A DNA stretch of 64,000 nt. Source: Flectonema sp. DT1601. Lineage: Eukaryota. The notes under the pieces are model-generated. The model saw nothing but the letters and a program-made list of their open reading frames with translations. It did not search any database and was not told the origin of the DNA. Positions within the stretch are counted from its first letter, which is position 1. Each line of letters starts with the position of its first letter. Below, in pieces: positions 1 to 10,400 of the stretch. The translations under genes and the position numbers were made by a program. The stretch lies in NCBI GenBank assembly GCA_964019425.1, contig OZ025783.1:682001-746000 (forward strand), given 5' to 3'.

Positions 1-2
1 GT

Positions 3-488
3 CACCACCATCAACATCATCACCACAACCACCGTCATGAAAATGGTGTGGGGAATGGATCGGTGTCGCGGTATGGAAAAATGAGTCAGCCGACTGAAAT
101 GAATAGCGGAAATCATCATCACCATCATCATACCCACCGTCACCATCACCATCACAATAGCCATCATAAGAAGCATACTAAATCAGATAGTCGTAAACAA
201 CTTAGTGATGATTCCCAACAGGGATCAGGTCAGGGATCAGGTCCTGTACCGCCATCAATATTTGCTGATATGATACCTGACGATAGTCCTTATAAAGGAC
301 TCGATCCTATTTACATGCAAGATGATCCATACAAAATCGGTACTCTCGAAAACGATTATCAAACACCCGATCTGCTTAAAGAAGCTCCGAGTCCGATATT
401 TCATCCGATAGAGTTCCTTCACACACCACTAGGTCCTTATGCAGCATCTGTTGTACTTGGGTCAGCAGTTATGGCTGTTGGCGTATAA
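3..488 (+). CDS. 3' end of a His-rich protein with a hydrophobic C-terminus (5'-truncated by the window)
   Basis: Frame is open from nt 3 (HHHQHHHHNHRHENGVGNGS...) to TAA at 486-488. It has two poly-His tracts and ends in PYAASVVLGSAVMAVGV. The ORF-track start at 48 is an internal GTG. Confidence 0.7.
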   Translation, partial: HHHQHHHHNHRHENGVGNGSVSRYGKMSQPTEMNSGNHHHHHHTHRHHHHHNSHHKKHTKSDSRKQLSDDSQQGSGQGSGPVPPSIFADMIPDDSPYKGLDPIYMQDDPYKIGTLENDYQTPDLLKEAPSPIFHPIEFLHTPLGPYAASVVLGSAVMAVGV

Positions 489-775
489 AAGTGAACATTC
501 ACAGAGTGCCTCACAACGTGTTTATGTTAGAACCTCGTCAATTGAAAAATCCCTCAAAAAGTCCTCAGTTACCGAGGTTGTGTTTAGTTATTTGTTACAC
601 CGCCATTAGTTTATCGAGATAATAGAGAAGTGACTGCTGAATTCATAGTTATTTATTATTAGTTACTTAATAGGAACCGTATGACTTGTCAGAGATGTGT
701 GATGTGTTATAGAAACTCTGATAATAATACCTTAACACTTCATTAACACTTCTTCATTTAGAAGCAGCCATCAAT

Positions 776-3622
776 ATGGAAGGTTCGCCCTGTCAAGTTG
801 CAGGCTGCTCAGGTCAGATGGTCTTTAGAACTGACCACACAAGAGGAGTGTTAGAAAACTTCTGCACAGAATGTTTTGTTTCTGGAGGTGATGGACTCGT
901 CTACGATCACGATGATAATGAGGCTGGTGTAAAAATGTACATGAAACAAAATGACTTAGAAGGTGGTGTCTGGGGATTACTACATGGAGGCTCAGCACGA
1001 GGAAGACACGTAACAAATTTAAACGGAACAGAAATGGCTAGAAGAACACGTCTAGTAGAGGAAGTCCTCGACGACTTGTGTAAACATTATCGATTTGGTA
1101 CTTTTGAACGTCGTAAATCACAGCAGATATTTGAAGAATATTTAAACAATGAAGAGATGGTAAAGTTTATGGAGCATCGTCGATTTAACGCTCTCAGTTA
1201 TTCAACTTTAGTAGCGGCTGCTGTTCTTTTGGAAACATCAAACTCTCTACGACTTGGAATTTCATTTTTAGAACTCGTAAATTTAACTCACCACTCAGTA
1301 GCAACGGTTAATAAGGCTTACAGATCAATAAAAACATCACAAGAGGATGATGTTGTCAACGCTGATCAGATACCTCAAACACCAGCTAGTTGGAAACAAC
1401 AAGCGAATACAATAATATGTAGTCGACTTGATAAACAACTTAGAAACTTACTCGGAATGAATCAAAATAGATGGACTCCAAGTGATGATGTTTTACTTCG
1501 TTTAGATGAGATGGAAAATACTGAACTGGAAGAAAAGTATGGAATTGATGAAGACAAATTAAAGAACATTGCGACTCTGTCTCAAATAATAGTTAAAGCA
1601 ATAGTAGTAGTACAAGAACAACCACCAATAGACTTAGATTCTATGTGCGCAAGTACCATGTACATAGCTGCAACTCACTACGATCCGATTTGGACAGATA
1701 GAAATCAAACATCAAAACTCGCAAATGCAATCGCAGAAGCATTTACCCGTACCCATAGATGGATTATTTCAGGTATAGCCTTATGCAAGAATACTTTATA
1801 TCAATTAGCTAAGGAGACTAGCATTCTAACGCCAGTTCTCGCAGGTTCTCCGGTCCAGTTTGAAAATAATCAACACTTAGCACACACTCTAACATGCCTT
1901 GAAGGGTTGCTATTCAGATATGGTTGTCTTAAGGCTGGAAGTGTTGTTCAAAAAGCTCAAGTTGAACTCACACAGGTTGAGAAAACACGTGAAGCACCAC
2001 GAATCAAGGAAGAGGTAAAAAAACGTGTCGATGTGGAACTAACGACACGAACGGTACAATCAAAATTTGCTAAGAAAATGTCAACAGAGAAAATACAAGT
2101 CTACATATCTAAACCCATGTACACCTCAACAGATATCCTCAGTGACGGATCGGATTATGAAGAAGACAATGTCGTACAAGTCGTACAGTCTTCTGACAGC
2201 AGTGCAGATAATCTAATGAAGCAAGTCATCCAACAGAAGAAGAATAAAATAGGAACAACTCCAAGCTCAACAAAGAAGACACGTCGCCGTAGAAGATCTT
2301 CTTCTATTGAACAACTGGCTAGCGAGGAAGACAAACAAACGTCAGGTAGAAAGAGAAAGTTTGCAAAAAGGATGTCACGAAGAAAGAAAGCTCCAACTCC
2401 AGACTCGGATTCGGATTCAACTGCTGAACCTGTAAGAAGAAGTCGGAAACCTGCTGGTAAGTCATCGAAAACTGTTAAGAAACCCTCAAAGAAGACTTCA
2501 AGGAAGAGATCAACTAGTAGTAGCAGTACTTCTACAACTACTACTACCAGCAGCAGTAGCAGCGTTCCTCTTAAGAAAAGCTCTTCAAAAATAAAGCCAC
2601 CTAAAAAACCAACTATAAAAGTATCTAAAAAGAAGTCAAAAAGAGTGACCACCAGCAGCAGTGAAGAAGAGCCAAAAAAGAGGGCTAAGTCATCCAGATC
2701 CAAGGCTTCTCCAAAAAAGGCTGCAAAAAAGAAAGTCGCGAAGAAATCAGACAGCAGTGATTCTGAAAGCAGTAGTAATAGTAGTAGCAGTAGTAATAGT
2801 AGCAGTAGCAGTGGCAGTAGCGTTATTGCTCGAAAGAAGACTGCAAATACGAAATCACCTAAAAAGCCGTCTGTCAAAAAGGCCAACAGCAAAGACGACT
2901 CGAAGAACCAAAACACGGCTAAAAAAGTCGCAACCAAGAAATCTCCCAGGAAGCCTAGCAGCGACTCTGACAGCAGCAGTGAAGATGTTCCTAAAAAGAC
3001 ACCAAAAGCAAAGACAAAACCAGCCGCTAAAAAAGCCGCGAGTAAGAAGTCAAGGAGAGACGTTAGCAGCAGCAGCGATAGCAGCAGCAGCAGCAGCGAG
3101 GTGGATGTTCCTAAGAAATCACCGAAGAGAAAAGCGAAGCCGGCAGCTAAAAAAGCCGCAAGTAAAAAATCAACGAAAAACAAAGACAGCAGCGAAGACG
3201 AGCTACCCGCAGAGAAGACCAAGGTTGCCAAGAAAGCAGCGGGGAAAAGATCAGGTAAATCTGCTACCAACGACACAGACATCGACAGCAGCGATCCCAA
3301 AACAAAAGCGAAGCCCGCAGCGAAAAAGGCCGCCAGCCGAACAAAGGTAACCGCATCACCCAAGAAATCTTTATTATGGAAACCAAAGGAAGAGATTACC
3401 AGCCCGAAGGTATCACCCAAGAAGTCTCAGCGTGATGATTCCGGCAAGGCTAGTGAATCGCCAATAAAGCGTCCGAAAGAAGAGACAGCTACTACAAAAC
3501 CCTCAGCTAAGAAATCATGGTTAACTCCATCTTCTCCAGTTGCAACATCATCTTGGTTGCGAAGATCATCTGTCACTGAGGGTGTTTCTTCTTGGTTGAG
3601 TAAACCAGCTGAGAAGTCATAA
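776..3622 (+). CDS. TFIIB/BRF-family-like protein (Zn ribbon + cyclin folds) with a long Lys/Ser-rich low-complexity tail, 948 aa
   Basis: N-terminal CQVAGC...CTEC zinc-ribbon spacing. TFIIB-like cyclin-repeat helices (YSTLVAAAVLL...ISFLELVNLTHHSVATVNKAYRSI; LDSMCASTMYIAA). The C-terminal half is poly-Ser, SPKK and KPAAKKAA repeats. AG acceptor at 760-761 lies just upstream of the ATG. Confidence 0.6.
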   Translation: MEGSPCQVAGCSGQMVFRTDHTRGVLENFCTECFVSGGDGLVYDHDDNEAGVKMYMKQNDLEGGVWGLLHGGSARGRHVTNLNGTEMARRTRLVEEVLDDLCKHYRFGTFERRKSQQIFEEYLNNEEMVKFMEHRRFNALSYSTLVAAAVLLETSNSLRLGISFLELVNLTHHSVATVNKAYRSIKTSQEDDVVNADQIPQTPASWKQQANTIICSRLDKQLRNLLGMNQNRWTPSDDVLLRLDEMENTELEEKYGIDEDKLKNIATLSQIIVKAIVVVQEQPPIDLDSMCASTMYIAATHYDPIWTDRNQTSKLANAIAEAFTRTHRWIISGIALCKNTLYQLAKETSILTPVLAGSPVQFENNQHLAHTLTCLEGLLFRYGCLKAGSVVQKAQVELTQVEKTREAPRIKEEVKKRVDVELTTRTVQSKFAKKMSTEKIQVYISKPMYTSTDILSDGSDYEEDNVVQVVQSSDSSADNLMKQVIQQKKNKIGTTPSSTKKTRRRRRSSSIEQLASEEDKQTSGRKRKFAKRMSRRKKAPTPDSDSDSTAEPVRRSRKPAGKSSKTVKKPSKKTSRKRSTSSSSTSTTTTTSSSSSVPLKKSSSKIKPPKKPTIKVSKKKSKRVTTSSSEEEPKKRAKSSRSKASPKKAAKKKVAKKSDSSDSESSSNSSSSSNSSSSSGSSVIARKKTANTKSPKKPSVKKANSKDDSKNQNTAKKVATKKSPRKPSSDSDSSSEDVPKKTPKAKTKPAAKKAASKKSRRDVSSSSDSSSSSSEVDVPKKSPKRKAKPAAKKAASKKSTKNKDSSEDELPAEKTKVAKKAAGKRSGKSATNDTDIDSSDPKTKAKPAAKKAASRTKVTASPKKSLLWKPKEEITSPKVSPKKSQRDDSGKASESPIKRPKEETATTKPSAKKSWLTPSSPVATSSWLRRSSVTEGVSSWLSKPAEKS

Positions 3623-3874
3623 ATAGCTGAAGAAATGTAGCTAATTGTAGCTACTGCTGTAAAGTAGATCTTAGTAACTGACAACCTTCTATACACTAGT
3701 GATGGTTTTATCAATTAACTTTTCATACTTCGGTTTAGCACCACTTCTACCCTTCCTACTGCAGGAAGTGTATTTTCGGGTTATAGCCCAATTATTAGAT
3801 CTTTTGAACGAATTTTAATTAAATTATTTAAGTAATCACTTCCTCTAACAGTAAAACATCATATTGAACGATAA

Positions 3875-4408
3875 ATGGCTGTTCCAAGCAAGCGGAGTTT
3901 CAGTGAAGTAACCTTCAAGCAAGGTGATCATTACGGAAGATTGCTACCAGAGATAGCAAAGTTTTTAACTGAACTAACGAGATACGGAGATATTCAAAGA
4001 GCGAAAGATTCTAGAAAAATGGAACCCTCAGTATTTGATGGGAAAACAGTCGTAATGTCTGTGGAGGACTATTTAATTAGATTAAGTAAGTACGGTAATG
4101 TCGGTGGTGAAGTATTCGTGTTGATGTTAATATTTCTTCAACGTCTAATCAAACATACGAGCTTATTGGTTCACTCTTTCGTAGTCCACAGAATGATATT
4201 TACCGCATTTGTTCTTGCTACTAAATACCACGAAGAAGACTTGTACACAAACTCTCACTACTCTCAAATTGGTGGTATTGTGAGAGGTGAATTAGCTAGA
4301 TTGGAACTTTTCTTTGTGAAAGCAACTAAGTTCGAGTTGTTCGTATCTCGAGATGAGTTTGATATAACAGTCGCTGCTCTTACTGCTGCAGCCAACAGCA
4401 ATGCCTGA
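3875..4408 (+). CDS. PHO80/U-type (P-type) cyclin, 177 aa
   Basis: Motifs SVFDG...SVEDYLIRLSKY, VHRMIFTAFVLATKYHEEDLYTNSHYSQIGGI...ELARLELFF...FELFVS match the PHO80/CYC2-like cyclin box. Confidence 0.9.
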   Translation: MAVPSKRSFSEVTFKQGDHYGRLLPEIAKFLTELTRYGDIQRAKDSRKMEPSVFDGKTVVMSVEDYLIRLSKYGNVGGEVFVLMLIFLQRLIKHTSLLVHSFVVHRMIFTAFVLATKYHEEDLYTNSHYSQIGGIVRGELARLELFFVKATKFELFVSRDEFDITVAALTAAANSNA

Positions 4409-7400
4409 ATTATTAATTACTGACATTGATCAGATTTCTCTACTGAGTCACAGTGTTGACTTACCCCCGCAGTCGGTGTGACTCCTTACCGACACTGCTT
4501 TCACGAACATGTATGCGTTCACGCATATCAATCAATGTCACCACCTGTGCTAGTTGTGTGCATATGTTGTGCTTTGTCCTTTTTACTTTCCGTATTTCCT
4601 TTTTTTTTTTTTACATGCTGTTTAGTTGTGTTGTAGTTACCAATCCACACACAGTCCGTGTGTTTCACGAATCAGAAACGACAAGAAATAAAATAAAAAA
4701 TAATGTCAACGATGTTGGCAAACTTGCGTTTTAGGCGACATCCTAATTTTAGAATGAATCCGTAAGCCTTGGGTAGGAATAACAAGCAATAAGGAGCGGA
4801 GGTCAATGCTGCCCTTGTGCAAATATTCTACGGACTACTGTCCACCCTCGTAGTTTGCTTTGACTTTGTTCTTTACGGTGGGGAGGTTGCTTATCTTTTA
4901 TTGTTTATTTAATTATTAGAAATAAATCCAAGAGGAAAAAAGAAATAATAAAAAAAACAATAACAGAACATACCCACACACACACGTCTCAATACCCCAT
5001 CCTCTCCGCAGCCACCAGAGGCATTCTGCTTCGTCACAACTGTGGCTAGCTTACCTTCACATCACTCGGACCTTGGTAATTAAATTATACGGCTAATTCT
5101 TTTTTTCCCCGTCTATTTTTGCGCGTACAAACTACAAAAAAAAAAAGAAAGTAAAAAGTAAAAAGAAAAAAGAAAAAAGAAAAAAGAGTTTTTTTTTCTC
5201 TTTCCCCCTTTATTCTTCTCTTTAACTATGCGGAGCCCCTGAAAAACCTCAGGGACACACTTTATGTTGAGGAACGTTACATATGAGTGTTGAGCAACAC
5301 GTCGTTGTTTTATTTCATTAGACTATCACAAACCATCAATTTGGTGTTATATTTTTTAGACTAAATTCTGATTTGGTTAGTTTGAAAGCAGTTATTATTA
5401 TTATTGTTTTTTTTTTTTTTTCATTTATTTATTTATTTTTATTTATTTATTTTTATTCTAAAAAAAAAAAGACCACAATGACAAACGAAAAAGAAAATAC
5501 GTGCGCTATTATAGCCACCAGTTCGATAATTCGTTTTACAGCGTGACTGATACTGTTTTATTCGTAATTAAATTAAATTACACTAATTATTTATGAACTC
5601 TTTGTGACGATAGCAGCATAGATATTGAATTGTGAGTAACAAGCGATAGCGATGTTGAAATTAGGATAAACACAAAGTTGCAGAACACAAGAAGTCCAGT
5701 CAGCTGTGTGACCCAAACACATCGTTAAATGTGTAATTATGTGTTTGAGAGTCTACTGCTTTTTCCTACATTGATATTCAATCTGTGTTGGTTCTGTGTT
5801 TTTGCAAATAACTGCCATTATTTTTTGTGACTGAAGAACAATAACCTTAGTTGGTTGGCTACAGCCGAGTTCTATTTTTTTTTTTTTTTTTTAAATTGCG
5901 AGATTTTCTTATTTTTTTGTATTTATTTTTAAAGACATTGTCAACCAGTGTTCATCATCTCATAAGTATTGGCAGCATCTCCTGCAATCATACAGTTTTA
6001 GTATTTTCCCGCCTTAGAGAGCGTTTCAAGTGGCAGGTTGCGACCTTTTTATTTAAATATCAGACCATAATTGTAATTATTTGTTTGTTGTAAAACCAGT
6101 AGTGGTCTCTGCAGTTTTTTTAAAAAGAAAAGAAAAAAAAGAAAAAAAAAAAATAACCAGGTTTGCGATCGCGATCCCAACAGTCTTTTTTTCATTCTTT
6201 TTATTATCTTCATTCATTCAAACGTGTGGGTAGGAACTGGCCTGTTGGCTGTTCAACTGTTCATATTATATTTCGTATTAGCATCAAAACCTTTTCTTTA
6301 TTTCCGTGGGAGCATTTAGGTTGCCTTCTGTTTACTGATGACTCCTTTCATATATTGCCTTGTGTTCCCTCTCTTTTACAGACTGAGAGACTAAGCGACA
6401 GACCTGTAACAGCCCCCCCTTCCTTTTGAGCTTGATAGTACAGTATCAAATTACCCCCTCCGACCTTTTCTTTTCCCCCTTAATATTTAGCGTTGTGAAA
6501 GTGGTTTGTTTCACCTTGATTCTCTACGCTAAGTAAGTAATCTTCTCTTTCCTATTTCTTTCTTCCTTTTTTCGTTTCTTATTGTAACGGAATTCTGTGA
6601 AAACGGTGTCTATTTTTTTTAAGAATCACTTTTTATCAAGTATTTTTTTTTCCTTTTTTTTTTCTTTTCCCCCCCTCTAGCGGCTCTCAGAATTGTCTTC
6701 GAGTGATATTTTTCTTTTTTAAGAGTTTTTTTTTTGATTTGACGAAAATAATAAACTCTTCTACTCCCTTTTGTACTCTTTCGATAACCTCTTTCAGATT
6801 AGTTGCATGTTGGATCGGATGCATTTTTTTTAGTTTTTCTCTCTTTTTTCCCCCTCTGTTTTTTCTTGTGTTTTCTTTTTCTTTTTTTCTTCATTGCAAA
6901 CAAATAGCTTTGAAAAAAAAAAGATGTTGACAGAAGGTAAAACCTCTTTGAGCTATTTTTTTTTTTTTTTTTTAGACGTTGTTATTGACAACAACTTTCT
7001 GTAAAAAAACAAACACTTTTTATCCTTCTAGTTTAAACGAATAATAAAAAAAAAGAATGAAAAAAAATCTATGCAAAAAAAAAATTTTCTTTTTTTCCCC
7101 CTAAAAAACCCAACCAAGTCTCAGTCAAGGTGGCTTCTCATTTGATTCGCGAAACGATTGCTATCCAAGGAGTATCTTTTTTTTCCCTCTCCCCTCATTT
7201 TCCCCACCCTTGTATTCTTTCTGAAAAGAAAAACAAAAAAAGAACACACGGGAAAGAGAAGCCCGAACTCCGAGCTTTCGAACTAAGAAGAATCAAATAT
7301 AAGGTCGCTTGAATAATATTCTAAAGAACCAACGCTATCAACGTAATTCAGTTACCTGCTACATGCACGTCTGTTGGACCACCAGCGGATTCTGTCATAT

Positions 7401-10400
7401 TGATAGAGCTTTGCTTCTCAGTCTGCAAGTCGTTTACTGCCGTTGCAGGTTTGCCGTACTTATACTGCTGTTTATCATCGGCCTCTGTATTCTACAAAAA
7501 AAAAAAAATTAAAAAGAAATGGCACCTTTCGAAAAGACAAGTGTTTTTGCCTTTTTTTTCTCCTCCCTATTTGTGTTTTGTTTAGGTTTTGCTTCGGAAG
7601 ACTAATTGGATGAATATTTGCGGTGTGGTCCTTACACGCGTAATGTTTTTTTTTTCTTTTCTTTTTTTGTTTGTTGATTCCTTTTTATAAAATAATGTAT
7701 TGTGAGTTAAAGGTTAAGACTTTTCTGTACGTTGTTATTATGCAAATCCCTTACTGTTTCTCTTTAGCAGCATCAGGCTTACGTCTTCAGAACCTTTGGA
7801 TGTATGAACTAACCAACTTACGTTTCTCTTTACAGATTGACACGCGTGACAAACACGTCGCGCGTGCAGGCTGATGAAGCGAAAGTTGCTCGCTTTTTAC
7901 TCTCTGTGTTTTTGTATTTTTTTGTTTTTTTCTCCGCTCTTCCTGCTTTTTATTATTTCTATTTCGTTGTTGTTACTAAAAAAAAAAATAAAATAAAAAA
8001 ATATAAGCTCTGGTAAATCGTGGCATCGCAACGGTTCTAAGTTGACGACTTGCGTGCGGACGATTACTTGCAACCGAGTTAGATGAGAACAATTATTTGT
8101 TTTTTTCTTTTTTTTGTTCAAATGCCAGATAAAGTTTGCTAGAACGGGAATTCCATTAGACGGTTAAAAAAGGAAAGACTTATTCTTTCCCCTTCTCTGT
8201 GAAACAATGCAAGTGCTGTGAGACTTATGTTGTTTGGGTCAATAATATACAACCGTGTTTTGGGATAAAAATAAATCCGCATTCCGAATCCTCATTTTGT
8301 TTTTTTCCCTCCTTCGGATATATCTATTTCTTTTATAATAGCAATGGCTGCCTGTGAGAGTCTCGCGGTTGTGGTACCGAATTACTGGTACACCGTGGGC
8401 TTCCAGGGGTTCTAACTTCCCTGACTTCAAAAAAAAAAAAATAAATAAAATCTTAGTTTATAGTCTTTTCAGGTTAGTTTAATTTTTAGTATCAAGTTAC
8501 CTGCTCTCTTCCCGATAGTTGTCTTCAGAGATGAATAAAAAAAAAAACCCCCGGGGGCTACTATACGTAGAGTGGTTTGCAGTCTCTATTCTTTTTAAAA
8601 AAAAAGCTGGATTTGTTTTTTTCCCCTTTTTTGGTGGTTTTCTGTCATCGCATTCCTTGCTTCCTCGGTTTCGATAAATGAATAAATAAAATGCATAACA
8701 TGTATCAGGATTTGGACAGTTTTTATGCCTACATAACTTTTCTCTTTTCTTGTTTTTCTCCTGTTTTTTTTTTGCCTACGAAAACTGAGGATGTTGTTAA
8801 CGTCCTCTTTAACATTTGTTCAACCGTTCAGCTTCTATTTTTCATGGCTAAGTTTTAATCTACTTCTGCAAAGAAAGCTGAATTCTCCACGAGAGCATCT
8901 CCTTAATCCAATTATGGCAGCTGTTTTTATATTTCTTTAGATGTCCAGCTGTGTATTTTATTTACCCTTATTTCTTCGAGGGTCTACATAACTGGTATTC
9001 GGCTGCCTGTTGGGCTTGTTAACTAACTTAAATAGACAATATTATTGTTATCTATTCTCCTTTTTTTTTTTTGTTTAACTTTTTGTTTTTCCCTTTCTTT
9101 TTTTTATAATTCTATTTTAGCCCAAACGAACAAGAGAAAAATAAACTTAATGCTTGCGTTCCTTTTGTGTTTATAAAAATTTTTTAAGCAGGTGGACTTC
9201 CTCAATTTCTTTTTTTTTTGAAATTAAAATTGATATGTAATGTTGATATACTTGTTCCTTTACCCATTATTTGGGGACATAAAGCGCGAGTGTTGGCCAG
9301 TTGGCCATGCATTTCTTTGTTGTGTTTTTTCTTCTTTTTTTTTTTTGTTTCCCTTTAACACTCAAATAGTACTTCTCACATGCCACTGCGCATATACTTT
9401 GTGTGTTGGATGACTACTTTTTTTTTCTTCCTCCAGTTCCTTTTTTTTCTTCCTTTTTTGGGAACATCATCTTTAGTAGTAAATACACTTTCACTACAAA
9501 ATAATTACTGTAACGATTCGTAGCTGATCTAAAGCTGCAATCCATTTCTTATTTTTTTTCTCCCTCATTTGTTCTTCTTTCATTTCTTTTTAATTAAGCA
9601 GTATCTGACTGTAAACAATTATTTATCCCATCTTTTATCTATCTTTTTTCCCCCTCTCCATAGAGATTTATTGCTCATGCGAGAGTAGTCTTTTCCTCTT
9701 TTTTTCTTTAAAAAATCACGCAGTTTGCTAACGGGCGGCAGTGTCACCTAGTTTAGTGGATTTGTAGTTTCACTTGTGTATTTGGTGTCGTTGTTCGTCT
9801 TGTAGATCATTATTTATCCTTTTTTGTTCGGGGAAAATAAAAACAACCCAGAGAGTGATCGTTTTTAGCTTTTTCCCCCCTTCTTCCCTTTAGTTTATAC
9901 CAAACTGACCAAAGCAACATACTCTGGTACTAGGGATATTTAACCCGTTAGTTCAAGTGCCTCTATACGCAAATGACAAGGAACACGTAATGGTTGATTA
10001 TGTCATTTTTTTTACTGATACATCACCTGATGTTATAACTCTTTGGCACACACTGCGTTCTTGAGTGACGTGTGTCTCGTTAACTTTAATCTTTTGCAGA
10101 CGTTTTGATTTTTTTTCTTTCTTACTTTCTTTTCAGATGCTTTATGAGAATTGGACAAACACTCTTATTCTTGTATGCAAATATTTAATATCGTGGGTAA
10201 AAAAAAAAAAAGTAGTTTTCGTGTTCAGGAGATTCTCCTTAGTGTCTGCGTTGCTATTTCGCCGTATTTTTGAGCTCTTTCCTTGATCTTGTTTATAAGG
10301 AGATCGTTGTCATAGGCGAGCAGTGTTTTTTTCTTCTTCCTTTTCTACCTTTTGAAACTCTATGTTTGCTGTCTTCTTTCAACTGAATAGAAGAACTTAA

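Noticed and set aside
2155..3420. 421-aa minus-strand ORF and 229-aa alternative-frame ORF (2661-3350)
   Set aside because: Shadows of the Lys/Ser/Ala low-complexity tail of the + strand gene (poly-L/F antisense translation); no domain content.
4735..5075. Possible hidden exons flanking an intron-like segment 4886-4966 (A-rich, ends TAACAG)
   Set aside because: The joined frame has no start codon, and the donors (GTTGCT, GTAATT) do not match the GTRTG pattern of this genome; cannot be supported as coding.
7871..7900. CTGATGA...GAAA hammerhead-ribozyme-like core
   Set aside because: No proper stem II between CUGAUGA and GAAA, and no stem I/III with an NUH site can be built.
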